NCBI GenBank assembly: GCA_951406725.2
Contig: OX597826.1
Location: 19,468,001 to 19,532,000 of the forward strand
Length of the DNA stretch: 64,000 bases
Reading direction: 5' to 3'
DNA from: Octopus vulgaris
Lineage: Eukaryota
Under the pieces are notes generated by a model. The model worked only from the letters and a program-made list of their open reading frames with translations. It made no database searches and was not told the origin of the DNA. The position numbers and the translations under genes are program-made. Below are positions 26,376 through 40,169 of this stretch, piece by piece. Positions within the stretch are counted from its first letter, which is position 1; the number at the start of each line of letters is the position of its first letter.

Positions 26376-26585
26376 ATATATATAATTTGTTTTGGGGGTT
26401 TGAAAATGTATATGAATTTGAAAAACGTGTAGTTGTTTTTAAATAGAGTTATTTACATACATACCTAACTAGTTTCAACAATGTTTTTGTTTATCAATGG
26501 TACAAATGTATATAAAACAAGGCGACTTTAACAGAGCTTAAAATTATGAATTAGAAATCAAGCAAACATGTTTAAACAATCAAAT

Positions 26586-27006
26586 AGGATCTTTTCGGTT
26601 TGAATGACAGTTTTTAACATAATTTCTAGGTAACTAAAAAATGTTTAACTTTGTATGCTGCTAGAATGTATTTATAAAACATTTTCTTGGCTTTATTGAG
26701 AACATTCTATAGTTTGTAAGATATTTGTTTTTTTTTCTTCTTCAATTTCTGCAATTTCAACCAATGAATGACCGTATATTGAGGTGAAAGCATTCTGTGC
26801 CGTATGAATATGTCCCTCGTTTAAGAAACAGATTGGGTTTATTTACATTTGTGAAGAAAAAAAGATACCCTTCCCCCACCCCTAACCCTAACCCTAACCC
26901 TAAAAGAGATTGAAATGCAATAGATGGATACTAGGGTCATAATTATGAGTGACAATTTCATATGACACCGCTAGAAAAAAACTGCTGTTCAAACCGAAAA
27001 GATCCA
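26586..27006. mobile_element. MITE with about 25-bp TIRs, 3-bp TSD and internal (CCCTAA)n (PIF/Harbinger-like)
   Basis: TIR ggatcttttcggtttgaa / ttcaaaccgaaaagatcc; TSD aat. A second copy is at 33675-34103. Confidence 0.85.
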
Positions 27007-28169
27007 AATTATTTTGACATGAAAATGATAATGCAAAAAATGTGTTTTTCGTGCTCAAATTGGTTGTCTCCATTGTATAGTGATAACTACTTCGACAAAT
27101 ATGGCAGTTGGAGATCTCCTCTTGCAATATGACAACATCCCACAATGCATTTTTCAGTACTAGTATTGATATCAATGCATGAGATACTTAGACTGTTTGT
27201 ATAGACATTAAAACCCACACAATCCTAACATCAACTGGTGACTTCTATAGAAAGAGTGATATTGACTGGCTCTACCAATGTAGAGGGTTCAGATCAGGGC
27301 AGACACCCTTTTAATGTCGTAGTGTCTCTCTCAGGCAGTACCTGCTAAACAACAGCAGCAAAAATAGATACATAGACCTAGCCCTAAAAAGTGAAGAGAA
27401 CAACCTCCAGCATGTTGGAAGTGAGCTCTTCAGGAAGCATTCTCTTCCTGACGACCTCCCATACAATCCCAAAACAACTATTTGACATGGGAAACTATTT
27501 ATTGAAAATATGATGAATACCAACTCCAGCTTTGAAGCCACAACTATCAGCCCCATTAAGTAACAGGTTAATCTTTAGATGAATTAATTGAGGGAGCCTT
27601 TTGTTCCCGATCGTAGTGATCTTTGACTGAAACTTGAATTTACCATGCAGAGAATTACTACAGACAATATGGCTGGACACATCAACAACAATGCAACCGA
27701 GGAACAGAACGAAAACAGCCCAACAGGTAAACAAATTCTTTCTAGCTGCAGTCGTAAAAGAAACCGTATTTCCAAAACTTGGATCTGTTCAGTTTCGATC
27801 ACAGATTTTTAAAATTAATTTTTTAACTAAACAGTTTGAAACTTCGTATACTGGTGTAATTTCTCACACTGAACATGGTTTACTTTCAGCATTTTTAACA
27901 AAATTTCGTATTTTAGAAGTTATTTTGTGTTAAAGTTGTCGTATTTGGATAATTTTAACCAATCAACAAGAAAGTTACTGTTGTTTGTGATAGTAATCGA
28001 AGTGGAACAACTTCCAGGTCATCTCTACTAAATGTCACCACTCTGTTCTACCATCTGTGTTGCATATTGCACGCTTTGTTTGTTTGTTTCTATTCTTTTT
28101 TTTTTTTGGTTCTTGCATTGGAGTAACCAGTAAACACCAAGAAGGAAGAAATATTATTTACATAATGTG

Positions 28170-29551
28170 GTGTTATGAGCCAGGCTGTGTTGTAGGGAAG
28201 GATCGGAAGTGAGGGAATAGGCATGTCCAGTCGGGAGTAGGGCCTGTGGATCCCACCGGAAGTGCCACAGTGGACACACAGCATTTAGAAAAGCATGAGG
28301 GTCAGTCAGCAGCGAACAGCACATCAGAGCAGACGTGTGAGACGGTAGAACAATGGATAGCGCACGTGGACGTGGAATGAACCTTGGAGATCATGATAGC
28401 ACGTGGATGTTGAAAGAAAGAGTAGTTGGGAGCTGCGACAGGTGCCTGTCCATTGACCCCAATCTGGGTGTGCATGAGGCAGGAAGCATTCCAGTGGAAC
28501 ACAACTGGAAACGATTGGCAGTGGACGTGACGCACTACCGGCAGGGGACATACCTCTTGATGGTCGACTGCGGACTGAGGCAGTCGGCCATATGGAGGGA
28601 GATGAAGACGGGGACCAGGGAGGAAATCACAAGAATACTGAATGAGGTATTCCAAGAATGAGGCCCTGAGGATGAGCTGCTTGTGATCAATGGCACTGCA
28701 TTTCGCTCGGAGGTGCTGTGGGAAATGCTCGACAAGTGGCATATCAGCTGTTTCTTCAGGGTGGCATGCTGGCCAAGTGGCAATGGGGTTGTGGAGAGGC
28801 ATCAAGACCATAGCAGAGAGGGGCCACATCTCACTGGTCGAGGATGTTTTTGGTATAATATATCGCCCAGGATGGGACAGGAGAGTGGTGAGAGCTGCGA
28901 AGAAATATGTGCTGCACACACCATCACAGACAAAGATTTTCAAGCTGTGTTCGATGGTCAGCAGTGGACAGTGGAATTCCACTGGAAGGGAGATCCTCCA
29001 ACATTGAAGAATGCAGTAGGCTGCTATCAGCATACCCTGAAAGGGGATGCCAGAAGCAAGTTCGAGGTAGAGGTGGACCGGTGAATCAAGGAAGATGTTC
29101 TGATTCCTTAGAAGGAGGAAGTGAAGACCAGAGTGCTACAGCTGATGGCAGTAATGCAGTTAACAAAACATAAAGTCAGGCCAGTATTGGATTTCCGGGA
29201 GCTGAACGACCATGTATTGTGCCATACGGGCGGTGAAGCTATGGACATTTGTAGCAAAACCTTGAGAGAGTGGAGGCAGATGGCGGGGGCCTCCACAATC
29301 GTTGACTTGAAGTCGGCATACCTGCAGCTACATGTGGCTGTGAGACTGTAGAAATATCAGCTGGTAAGGTATAAGGGCCTGACCAGGTTGGGATTCGGGC
29401 TGAATTCAGCACCGACGATTATGGTGACAATTCTCAAGACCATCCTGGGAAAGGCCGAGAAAGTGAAAAGAGCCACCAATTCCTATATCGATGACATCCT
29501 GATGGATGAGAGCATTTTGTCAGCCAAGGAGGTCATAAGCCACCTGAAGAG
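28170..29551 (+). mobile_element. Gypsy fragment: integrase core followed by RT
   Basis: WKRLAVDVTHY, GPEDELLVINGTAF, SGNGVVERH; then KVRPVLDFRELN, VDLKSAYLQ, GFGLNSAP, YIDDIL. Related to 12607-16110. Confidence 0.85.
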
Positions 29552-30560
29552 ATGCACTATCTTCTCAGTGAACTGGTCCATTTGTTTTTATTTTGTTTTT
29601 ATTTTGTTCTTTTCATAAATATACTTTACCAATGCTTCTTTTGGAGAAATCAGTATCAGCTCTTATTCCATGCCTCTCCTCAACTTTGTGACCATGAAAT
29701 TAACAACATAATCAGAGTAGCTAATGTGGTTGAGGAGAGGCACGGAATAAGAGCTGATACTGATTTCTCCAAAAGATGCATTGGTAAAGTATATTTATGA
29801 AAAGAACAAAATAAAAACAAAATAAAAACAAAGTAAAAACAAATGGACCAGTTCACTAAGAAGATAGTGCATGAGTACTTTGCACGAAAGGCACAAACCA
29901 TAAAAGGAATTGATCATATCAAAAGCTTAGCATGGATTACTGACAAGTGAATGCCATACCACTTTGAAGACTACCTCCATGCAATTTAAGTGCCTGCAGC
30001 ATAAAAGGTAGAAAACATTGACAGACAATAAACGTATATAGTGCAAGACCAAGACTGAAGACATCAACCATATCGTTGCCAACAATGAGAGATGCTTGGC
30101 CAGAACAGTCTGGTACAGGATAACAAAAAGAAAAAATCAACAGAAAAAGTTGACTATATTGAGGCTGAGGAATACATTGGTGGAACTTAAAATTTAAAAT
30201 AGCCACAATAATATCTGGCACAACTGGCCAAATATAGTTGTGTGGAACCACAAAGAAAAGATATGCTCCATTGTGGAAATCAGTTACCTCTGGACACCAG
30301 TGTGGTTAGAAAAAGAAGTAGACATCTATGGACCATTGATAAGGAGTTTGCAAATTTTGTACCCAAGATGCACTTTCAATTTCATACCTATTGGTAATTG
30401 GAGCAACAGGATATGTAACAGTCCGTGTGGAGCAAAGCATGGCTGAACTTGGGTTCTTGAGGAGAGAACACACTACTCTTAAATTCATATACTATAAATG
30501 ATCACAGTATATCTGGGACTATAAATATCAGCAAAGTCTTCTTAAGATTTAGAGAATAAT
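29552..30560 (+). mobile_element. R4/Dong-like 3' fragment (RLE endonuclease) with 5' inverted duplication
   Basis: KKIVHEYF..KSLAWI, WNHKEKICSIVEIS..EKEVDIYGPL..IPI. Arms 29552-29684 and 29729-29872 are inverted. Confidence 0.72.
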
Positions 30561-31340
30561 AAACAAAACAAGAGGCGTTTTTCTTTCACAACCTTGGTAG
30601 CAAGCAGGTAGCCACTCAAGATTAACCCTAAATTAAAAAGACAACAAAAACATACATACATAAACACACACACACCATCAGGCACACTAGCTCAGTTACC
30701 TTTCTTGTAGCTTTCATACATATGAAACCTATTTCTTTTCCCTACATTTCCTGTGTATAGCCTCAAGACATTTCAATGTGACTTGATACAGATGAAAACC
30801 CATTTTCTTTTGACTCATTTTCCCTTCACTTTTCGTTTTTTGACTAACTTTCAGCTTAAGCCTGACCCATCTGGAGCACTTCTACTTTCTTCCCCTCATT
30901 CAACTATTCATTCCACTTTGTTTTCATTTTATTTTCCACACTGTTACTGCAATCTTTGTGCATGAGTGTGTGCAAGCATGTGTGTGTGTGTGTGCCAGCA
31001 TGCATTCACACATGTGCATGCACTTACGTGTATGGAATGCCAGCAGGCATCAGACTCAAGTACGCAAGTTTATGATAGGGAAAATTAGGTTTTTTGAAGT
31101 TCTTTTCTGTTTTTCCTTTTTGCATATTTTTCTTCACAAGAGAAATTAAATAATATAGCATTAATTTTCCTTGTTACTGTGCTGCATCCAATGCGCTTTT
31201 TGCTGCTCTCTGTAAATAGTATTTGAAGTACATTTCTTTCTAAGAAATGAATTCACAACACCATCACTGGACCTAAAACATGGGAAAGTACTCCAGAGGA
31301 AATTAATGATTTCTAAAAGTAACAATAAACAGCTACTTAC

Positions 31341-31511
31341 CAAGGCAAAGTGGTGGGGAAACAGTCCAAATTCCAGCTTCAGTATCACAAGCTCCGAAAG
31401 AGTCGCCAACTAAGTTAAATCCTTTGTTACATTCAAATTCCACTAATAGACCATCACCCCATATATTATAATGTCCATTTATTGGCTCCCATGGTGGAAA
31501 GCAATATCGAT
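31341..31511 (-). CDS. Internal exon encoding one Sushi/CCP (SCR) domain
   Basis: Acceptor ttattgcag and donor gtaagt. 171 bp, symmetric phase 1-1. Peptide RYCFPPWEPINGHYNIWGDGLLVEFECNKGFNLVGDSFGACDTEAGIWTVSPPLCL has the 4 Cys, NG, GF-L-G and W-x4-P-x-C of CCP modules. Confidence 0.9.
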
Positions 31512-31849
31512 CTGCAATAAGATGAAGTGAAGGCATGAAAATAGAACAATATACATTTTATGCACAACAAAGCATGAATCAAGCAAAGTGAAATATATTA
31601 CAAGACCTTAGATGTGAAATGAATTATAAGACTGTAAACCTTCTTTGTTTTTGATGTACTGAAAAAGAGAGCAGGGATTCCTGATAGGCTGTTTTGTAGT
31701 TTGTTAGCTGCTCCTCAGAGAAGATTTACCTTATTTCTTTCCCACTCAAAGCATAGAATTTTAATCTAAAACAGTTTGGTGGGTCTATCTTACAAACTTT
31801 ACTCTCATGAGTCAGACTTGTTCAGCAACCTCTTGACAGATATTTACAG

Positions 31850-33050
31850 CATGGTGTGCCACTGAGAAAAGGCCCAAATAAGGGGGACCACATAGATAAT
31901 TTTCAGCCCATAGCTCTGCTAAACGCAGACTCCAAGATTGTGACCAAGGTATTCATGAAGATGTTGCTGTTTGTCATTGGTTATCTGATTTTGATGCATA
32001 GACATGTGTTATCCTGAACATCTCTGTCCACAACAACCTCCATTTCACACAATACATTATAGAGGTGGGTAAAGAACTGACATGAGTAGGGCTCCAACCA
32101 ACTTAGATTGGTAAAGTCAACCACCAATTCTTGACAGCTGTTCTCACAACAGCCATTTTCAGTCCTGCTTTCAGGTGCTAGATCACCACAAAGTACATAA
32201 TATCTACTCGGTGGTCAGAGTAAATAGTCACATATTGGAACTTTTAGACTCCTGTTCTCAGTCTGTCATGGTTGTCACATACCAGACCTTTTGTATGTAC
32301 TGACTCTTGAGCCACTATTGAGGAAATTGAAGAATTTGAGAAGTATTCCATGTAAACTAGGATGCAAAAGATATTTGTCTGTGTATGTAAATGTCACTTC
32401 ATAATCTTGGACACTAAGTATATTGAAGTCATCAGGACAGTTCTAAGGGACTACAGGTTGATGACAGGAACCAAAATTAACCAAGAAAAGTTGATGTATG
32501 TGCAGCTTGACATCTGGAGAGGCAGGTCCATGTCATCTAAAAGTGTCATGGAGTACTGGGTGGACAGTTTGGTTAAATTGTTCAGGATTTGGTTCAGTCC
32601 AGATATTCAGGTGGAAAAGAACTGAGAGGAAGTGACAAAGAGGGTGGCCAGTCTAATCCCGAAATGGACCAAGTGGAAGCTATCCCTAAAGAGTTAGGTA
32701 GAGGTGGCAAATGCCCACATTGCCTCTGATATCTAGTGCCATTGGACTGTTGGCATATTTTACATCAGATCAAACTGGACCATCTGCTCTTTAGCTTTTT
32801 GTGGAATGGACACTTTCCACAAATCAAGTACTCCTCCTACAGTCAACAACTTTTATACAATGGCCTGGGCATGCCATGGCTTAGGATGTTCAGACATGTG
32901 CTAAAGTTATAGTATTTCCAGTAATGGTAAATAGGTGTGGTCACCCTTTGTCAGACTCCTTCTCCCCAACTTATCTCCTTGAAATAGCTGCTGTCCTGGG
33001 TTAAACAAAGACTTAGCAAGGCTATGAGTGCTGATTGTGTAGAGTGATTC
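31850..33050 (+). mobile_element. Degenerate L1/Tx1-like LINE RT fragment
   Basis: NFQPIALLNADSKIVTKV, GTKINQEK, VKLFRIWFSPDIQVEKN..WKLSLK. Homologous to 2760-4673. Confidence 0.7.
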
Positions 33051-33361
33051 AATGCCTATGGTAAAAAGTAACTTTTACTCCCAAAGCAAATAAGAGAACA
33101 AATTAAAGAGGCTGGTGCCTTTAATGGATGTGGGATATGGTTTGTCATCCATGTAATCATTCTAGTTGCACAGGAAGTGTCATACTCAATGACTGGCATA
33201 ACAACATCACAGTCAATTGTTACAAGTGTAAAGGAGATGCTTTAGATAGAAGTAATTACTAAGGTATAGAATGGGCAGGTAGTTGAAGTTATGAAAAGAA
33301 GCAGCATAGCTCAATTACTCAGGGTTAGACTAAACTAGTCTAACTACTTAGGGTTAGATTA

Positions 33362-33403
<42 letters not shown>

Positions 33404-33674
33404 TGGTACATGAGTTCAGCAAAAATTTAGATTCAGATGAATATGGTACTTAAGTTGAGGCACCAGAATTTAGTACAGTATTATCCATACAATTTCAAAG
33501 TAAGGTGATTAAAATCAAAATAAGCAACAAGGATATCCTGAGGTAATGCAGTACGATCATTTCATGCAAATCCGTTTAATTGAACAATGCAATTAGTACA
33601 TCAATTTAAAATGCAGAGCAAACTTCAGCTGCACAAAGAGATAGAATTCAATTAAATTAGAACACATGGACACA

Positions 33675-34103
33675 GGGATCTTTTCGGTTTGAACGGCAGT
33701 TTTTTCTAGCATGGTCATATGAAATTTTCACCCATAATTATGACCCTAGGATTGATCTATTGCATTTCAATCTCTTTTAGGGTTAGTTAGGGTTAGGGTT
33801 AGGAGTGGGGGAAGGGTATCTTTTTTTCTTCACAAATGTAAATAAACCCAATCTGTTTCTTAAACAAGGGACATATTCATACATCACAGAATGCTTTTTA
33901 ACTCAATAGACATCACTGATTGGTTGAAATTGCAGAATTTGAAGAAAAAAAACAACAAATATCTTACAAACTATAGAATTTTCTCAATAAAGCCAAGAGA
34001 AAATGATGTTTTATAAACATATTCTACCAGTATATGAAGTTTAAAATTTTTTAGTTACCTAGAAATTATGTTAAAAACTGCTGTTCAAAACCGAAAAGAT
34101 CCC
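33675..34103. mobile_element. MITE (same family as 26586-27006, opposite orientation), TSD aca
   Basis: gggatc..gatccc termini. The empty site ggacacattag is preserved in the other PLE arm near 40130. Confidence 0.9.
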
Positions 34104-35830
34104 ACATTAGTATAATTATACCTAAAATCTCTAAGAAGTTAAGGAGATAGACAAAGAACATGCTGTCTCACTTCAGGATAGAAGTTACTAAGTTTTCAAA
34201 AAGATATACATTGTTACAGACTCTGTCTATCACTGATTTTTTTGTTTCTATGAGGTCAGTTTTAATTTATAGACTAGTTTATCAAATCCCTTGTATATCT
34301 AAGGCTGAGAGAAAAGAGGGCAGTATCTGTTAGGGGTAGGACTGAGGGAGCAGACAGACATCATAGTTGGTATCATCATAAAAATCAAGATTTATTAGAA
34401 GCAATATCATGAGGTTTAGTAAAGGAAAACTTAAAACAAGATGTTAGCTGACAATTAAGGAGGTTTCCCACTAGCAGACCATTGATAATGAAACAGGGGA
34501 AGTCTTATCATGTAGTACTATAGTTAAATATTTAAAACAATGTTGCTATATTGTATACAGTTAAAGTTTAGGGTTATTCAGAAGATTATTAAGAAGAATA
34601 TTATAATAAAAGGATAGAAATTTATAAATACTTTTGAGTATATACCAAACTTTTACCACAATAGAGGGAGGAAAAGAAATTATCCAGAAATAGTTTAATA
34701 TTTATACATATAGTACACACCTAATTACTAACTCATCAGATGGTATTTGTGAATATTGATTAATTGGTATATACTGTTATTAATAAAAGAGTATTGAGGT
34801 AAAGGAACATGCTAATTATATATTAATAAAATTATAATCAAAGCAGTTTTTATAAGTAGTGAATATATTTGTATAGTTTTATATAAGCTAAGTATGAATT
34901 TATAGAGATACAAAAATTAGTTTAATTTTATAAATAATCAAAGCTAATTATAAAATAATAAAGAAATAAAATAGAATAATCAAGTAGGTCAGAACACCAT
35001 AGAAAAGGAATAAAATAGCTTAATCACTAATACTATGGTAAAGTATATGTAGCTTATTAACACCAATAGAGAAGATTTATAGAAAAAGTATAATGATTCA
35101 AAATATATAAGACTAAAAATTATATATTTACTTATTTAGCTAACATCAATAAAAGACAGATATCTGGTATTGCCTAAAGGAATATTTAAGTTATGGAACA
35201 ATCATATTTTACACTAATCTTTTTTTAAAGACAAAGGGGTTTAAGAAGTTTTTATTGTTACTCCTTACATGATATTTATAGTTTCTTAGTGGTACTTGTT
35301 TAGAAGGGTTATTTATATAAAGGCCCTTATAAATACTAAGATCAGGAGGGTAGAGCCATTTAAGAAAGAGATAAATCAAGTAATTTCTAAAGACCATTTC
35401 AAACAATATTGTCTTATTGTATAAACTTAAAATTTAGGGTAATCAACAAGATTATTAAGAATGAAATTTTAACAAAAGGATAAAACTTCTTTGAATATTT
35501 TGAGCAGATACCAAATTTTTACCACAATAGAGGGAGGAAAAGAAAATTGCAAAGAAATAGTTTAATATTTATTTACTTATTACTTATCTAAATATTAACT
35601 TATATGGTTTCTATGGAGATTGATCAATTGGATTTAACTGGTATTTAATAAGGGAGCAACTAAGGTTAAAGAACATGTTAACTATATACTGATTTAATTA
35701 AATTGAACTATTTTAAGTTGTTGAGATATCGGTATTACCTTATATAAGCTGAGTATGAATTAATGGGGGTACAAAGATTAGATTTATTTAAGGCTACTAT
35801 AAAATAATAATGATAATAATAATGATGATG

Positions 35831-35861
<31 letters not shown>

Positions 35862-35862
<1 letters not shown>

Positions 35863-36070
35863 CATCATCATCACCATCATTTAACGTCCACTTTCCATGC
35901 TGGCATGGGTTGGATGATTCAACTAGCCCAGTCTGATCTGGCAGTGTTTCTACAGCTGGATGCCCTTCCTAACGCCAACCACTCCATGAGTGTAGAGGGT
36001 GCTTTTTATGTGCCACCGGCACGGGTGCCAGACGAGGCTGGCAAACGGCCACGATCAGATGGTGCTTTAA
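35862..36070 (-). mobile_element. RTE-family 3' tail inserted in an (AAT)n/(CAT)n tract
   Basis: Shared tail sequence with 19955, 23977 and 53640. Confidence 0.75.
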
Positions 36071-37829
36071 TGATCAGCTAGAGTAGAGCATCATAGAAAA
36101 GGAATAAAAACAACCTAATCACTAAAAACCATAATAAAATATCCATACCTTATTAACTTCAATAGCAAGTATTTATAGAAAATGTATAATAATTTAAGTA
36201 TTATGAACTAAAAATTGTTAATTAACTTATTTAGCTTATTATAATCAGGACTGAAACCCAGTATTGGTTGAAAGAATAATTGTTGTTAAAAGGACATGTT
36301 AATTATATACTAATAATAAATTAAGAGGTATAATATAGATTTTAAAAGTTATTTTGTGTTAATCCATAAATGATATTACAGTTTCTTAGGGGTAACTAAT
36401 TAGAAGGGCTGTTTATATAAAGCCAATATAAATACCAAAATTAAGAGGACAGAACACTTTAAGAAAGGGATAAAAAACTTAGTTACTAAAACTATTTTAA
36501 ACAACATGTTATTATTGTATAAAGTTAAAATTTAGGGTTACCAGGAAGATTTATCGTTGAGGTGAGAGAAAATTTACTATAAATTAGTTAAATTATAATC
36601 TAAGCAGTTTAATTTTAATTTGTGAAGATACCCATATTGCTTTTTATAAGCTAAGTATGGATTTATAGGGCACAAAAATATAGGTTTGTCTAAAAGCAAT
36701 TATAAAGTATTAAAATGACCAGGTAGGGCAGAAACACCATAGAAAAGGATATAAAATAGCTTAGTCACTAAAATCATAATGAAGTATATATACAACTTAG
36801 CAACTTCAATAAAGAAGATTTATAGAAAATATGGAATAATTCAATCATTTAAAACTAAAAATTGTTTATTTACTTAATTAGCTTGTGGCTATAATGACTG
36901 ATACCCAATATTAACTAAAGGAAAAATTAATGCTGTAGGGCATGCTACCTATGCACTGATTTTAAACAAAGAGGTACATTAGAGGTTTTAAAACTCAGAA
37001 TCAATAAAGTGCTACTTTCTAAAATATTTGAACGTACGGGTGGCACTATATACACATCATACCTTAAGGTCTAATTGATTATTAACCAGGTTTCCATTAT
37101 CTTTATGCTTAAAAATTTCAAATGTTTCCATAGAGCAAAGCTCACATCCATATCTGCTATTTCTATAAGGCTGAGCTTTTATTATTATTTCCCATTTGAG
37201 GCTAAATCTAATCCCACTTTCTTTCAATTTCCAAATCTTACTGGATAATGATGTACAACTCACTTTATGTTTAAGTTTAAAGGATGATACATGATTGTAT
37301 ATGTGCTGTTTCAAATTAATCGAACAACCGAAGTAAATATAATTATTAGTTGTAGTTATTATTGTGCATTTATATATACGTTCTGAGTAAGGCATCAGCC
37401 TAATAATGGACAGCAGGATTTAACTCTACAATTGCAACTAGGAGAATTATTATTATTAATATTAGAATTACTAAAATTTTAATTATTTTTATTGTTAACA
37501 TTTTCGCTATTAATAATTCTATTATCAAGTATGTTATGTTCACATCTGTTACTTTCTAACTCCACTTCAATCGTATTATCATATAGAATCACCTCTGCAT
37601 CATCAGGCATACTAATAGTTTCCATGCCCATATATGTACTGCCCATATATGTAATGTTTTTATTAGAAGTGCTGCCACTATTCCTTTTATTCACCCCATC
37701 ATCGTCAGTACTACTATTTTCACTTTGGGGGTTTAAGTTATAGTTGACAGTACTACTATTATTATTATTAATATAATTATTATTATTGCTATTGTTGTTA
37801 TTTTTATTATTATTGTTAATGTTACTATT

Positions 37830-37862
<33 letters not shown>

Positions 37863-37893
37863 GTCGTCGTTTTCGTCGTCGTCGTCATTATCA

Positions 37894-37928
<35 letters not shown>

Positions 37929-40169
37929 TTCAACCATTCTGGCTAATTTTATATTCTTCCTATTTAATGATATTGGGGAGAGTAGAGTATGAGATTCTAA
38001 CTGTCTTATGTGAAAAGATTCTATTATATCTATGAGAAGTAGGGAAGTTTTTTTTCTAAAATAACAATAAATTTTCTATATATGTTTGTGGATAATGACC
38101 AGTTGTATGGGATATTGAACCAGATGAGATTCTTACCTTTAAATCTTTTGTGTAAGTAAGGGCGGGATATATTTGTACTATCCTTGCTCCCTAGAATCGT
38201 GCCATGATTAATAGTTTTTTATATATTTCTAGTATATCCCTTATCTGGAGGAGTAACCATTTCTTTTTCATTGTCACCTTTCTTATTCAACCTAAGCTTC
38301 TTACTCGTTTCAGTATCCTGTCTCCTATCAAAGCATACTGTTATTATCATTTAAAATGTTGGGTTTGTAGGATGGGTTATCATTTGGTATCTTTTCACAA
38401 CTAAGTAAGTTAGTAGACTTTACTTAAACTATCATTTTTTCCTCTATTAAAAGGTGCTGAATTTACAGAACCGAGAAAAGTAATTTCCTGGTCATGTCCC
38501 GCTTTAGACAAAGCAACATTATAGTGGTATGAATGAGAATTAAATATATCAATGTCTGGTGATAATTTAGTAATTCTCCTAGAAATACTTTTAACTACCG
38601 ATTTTAATACATTAAGCGGGTGATTTGATAATTTATTCACATATCTTGTAACCTCACCTTTTTTCCTATAGGGGTAATATAATTTAGAGTTATTGTTTAA
38701 AGTAGCATCCAAAAAATTTACTACTTCAGTGCTATATTCATACGTAATACTTAAGTTAAAGTTTTTGAAAAATTTTCTAATTCTCTTTCTCATTCTTTCT
38801 ATGATTGATTTATAGTTACTAGGGATGATGAACAGAGCACCATCCCTATATAGACCTCCCTGTAATTCAGGGATTTCCCTATTTAAGCACCTTAAAAGAT
38901 ATGCACCCACTAGATTTGTGATTTTGGCCAAGTCACTCGAGCCCATACCTATATCAAATTTTTCTGGGGTATCAGCCCTAGTCCAAAGTTTGCCCTCAAA
39001 TTCTATAGTAGTTCTAGCTAACAGAATATTATCAATTTTATCCCTAGTTATGAGAGAGAGGTTTTTAACAAAAATAAGAGATTTATTGAAAAGAACAGGG
39101 AATATACTTGAATAATAACTATTAATGTCTAATTGAATAAAAGAATAATTACTAATGTTATCAATGGATTTGAATCAATGAATTACCTCATCTGTATCAA
39201 TCCATAATTTTAGAGTTAGGTTGGGAATTATGAGGGGTAGAATATTGTCAAGAATAGACTTACTAAGCCAACCAATGTCAGACTTAGTCAGGCAAATTAG
39301 TCTTACAGTAGGGTTATCCTGGAAGTTCTTCTTGTGGTCTTTCAGGTTAATCCTAGGTTCACTTGGTTTTAAGGGTTCTGTTCTCTCTGCCAAGTCGTAT
39401 TCCATCATAATTTCCTTGACTTTCAAATTGATATCTAATAGATTCTTTTTTGATGTTATTTTATATTTAGCATTGAGTTCCTTCATTACAAGTTTCCTAT
39501 AGGTGGTATAGTCAAGCCTATATAAGTTTCCGGTTTTATCTGCTGGGACCAGAATGCCTGGTTTGCTATGCAATGACTTTATAAATTCATTTGGTTTCAT
39601 CAGATGTAAGTTTTTTCTAAGTGGGTGTTCCTTGAAGTTTACATTAGCAATAAGATCAAATAAGTCTTTTTCAAAATTTTCCGGTAGTAGACTAGGTGGC
39701 AGATTGTTTCTGCTTTTAAATATCTTCTTATAATAATTCTTCTCATGTGTTTCTAGAGTTCCAGTGGGCAACCCCCTTAATTGTCAGCTAACATCTTGTT
39801 TTAAGTTTTCCTTTACTAAACCTCATGATATTGCTTCTAATAAATCTTGATTTTTATGATGATACCAACTATGATGTCTGTCTGCTCCCTCAGTCCTACC
39901 CCTAACAGATACTGCCCTCTTTTCTCTCAGCCTTAGATATACAAGGGATTTGATAAACTAGTCTATAAATTAAAACTGACCTCATAGAAATAAAAAAAAT
40001 CAGTGATAGACAGAGTCTGTAACAATGTATATCTTCTTGAAATCTTAGTAACTTCTATCCTGAAGTGAGACAGCATGTTCTTTGTCTATCTCCTTAACTT
40101 CTTAGAGATTTTAGGTATAATTATACTAATGTGTCCATCTGTTCTAATTTAATTAAATTCTATGTCTTT

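Larger units (their letters stand above)
24300..27700 (+). mobile_element. Fragmented R4/Dong-like non-LTR element (24300-25010 and 27010-27700) with nested insertions
   Basis: PDWL..PENYWPL, GLFQGSSLSVIPFILALN, FVDNLKFY (FVDDLKLY-like). The second part has RKSDIDWLY. Confidence 0.65.

Noticed and set aside
26878-26902. (CCCTAA)n and (TTAGGG)n at about 33780-33803 as interstitial telomeres
   Set aside because: Only 3-4 units, and they are an internal part of a MITE present in two copies.
37395-37400. TGA in CPLLG*C of the Naiad-type PLE as selenocysteine
   Set aside because: It is not at a conserved Cys position and the copy has many other stops; CGA-to-TGA decay is more likely.
37479-37937. 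N/D-rich 152-aa ORF as a host gene
   Set aside because: It lies in the RT-endonuclease linker of the PLE and is built on AAT/GAT microsatellites.
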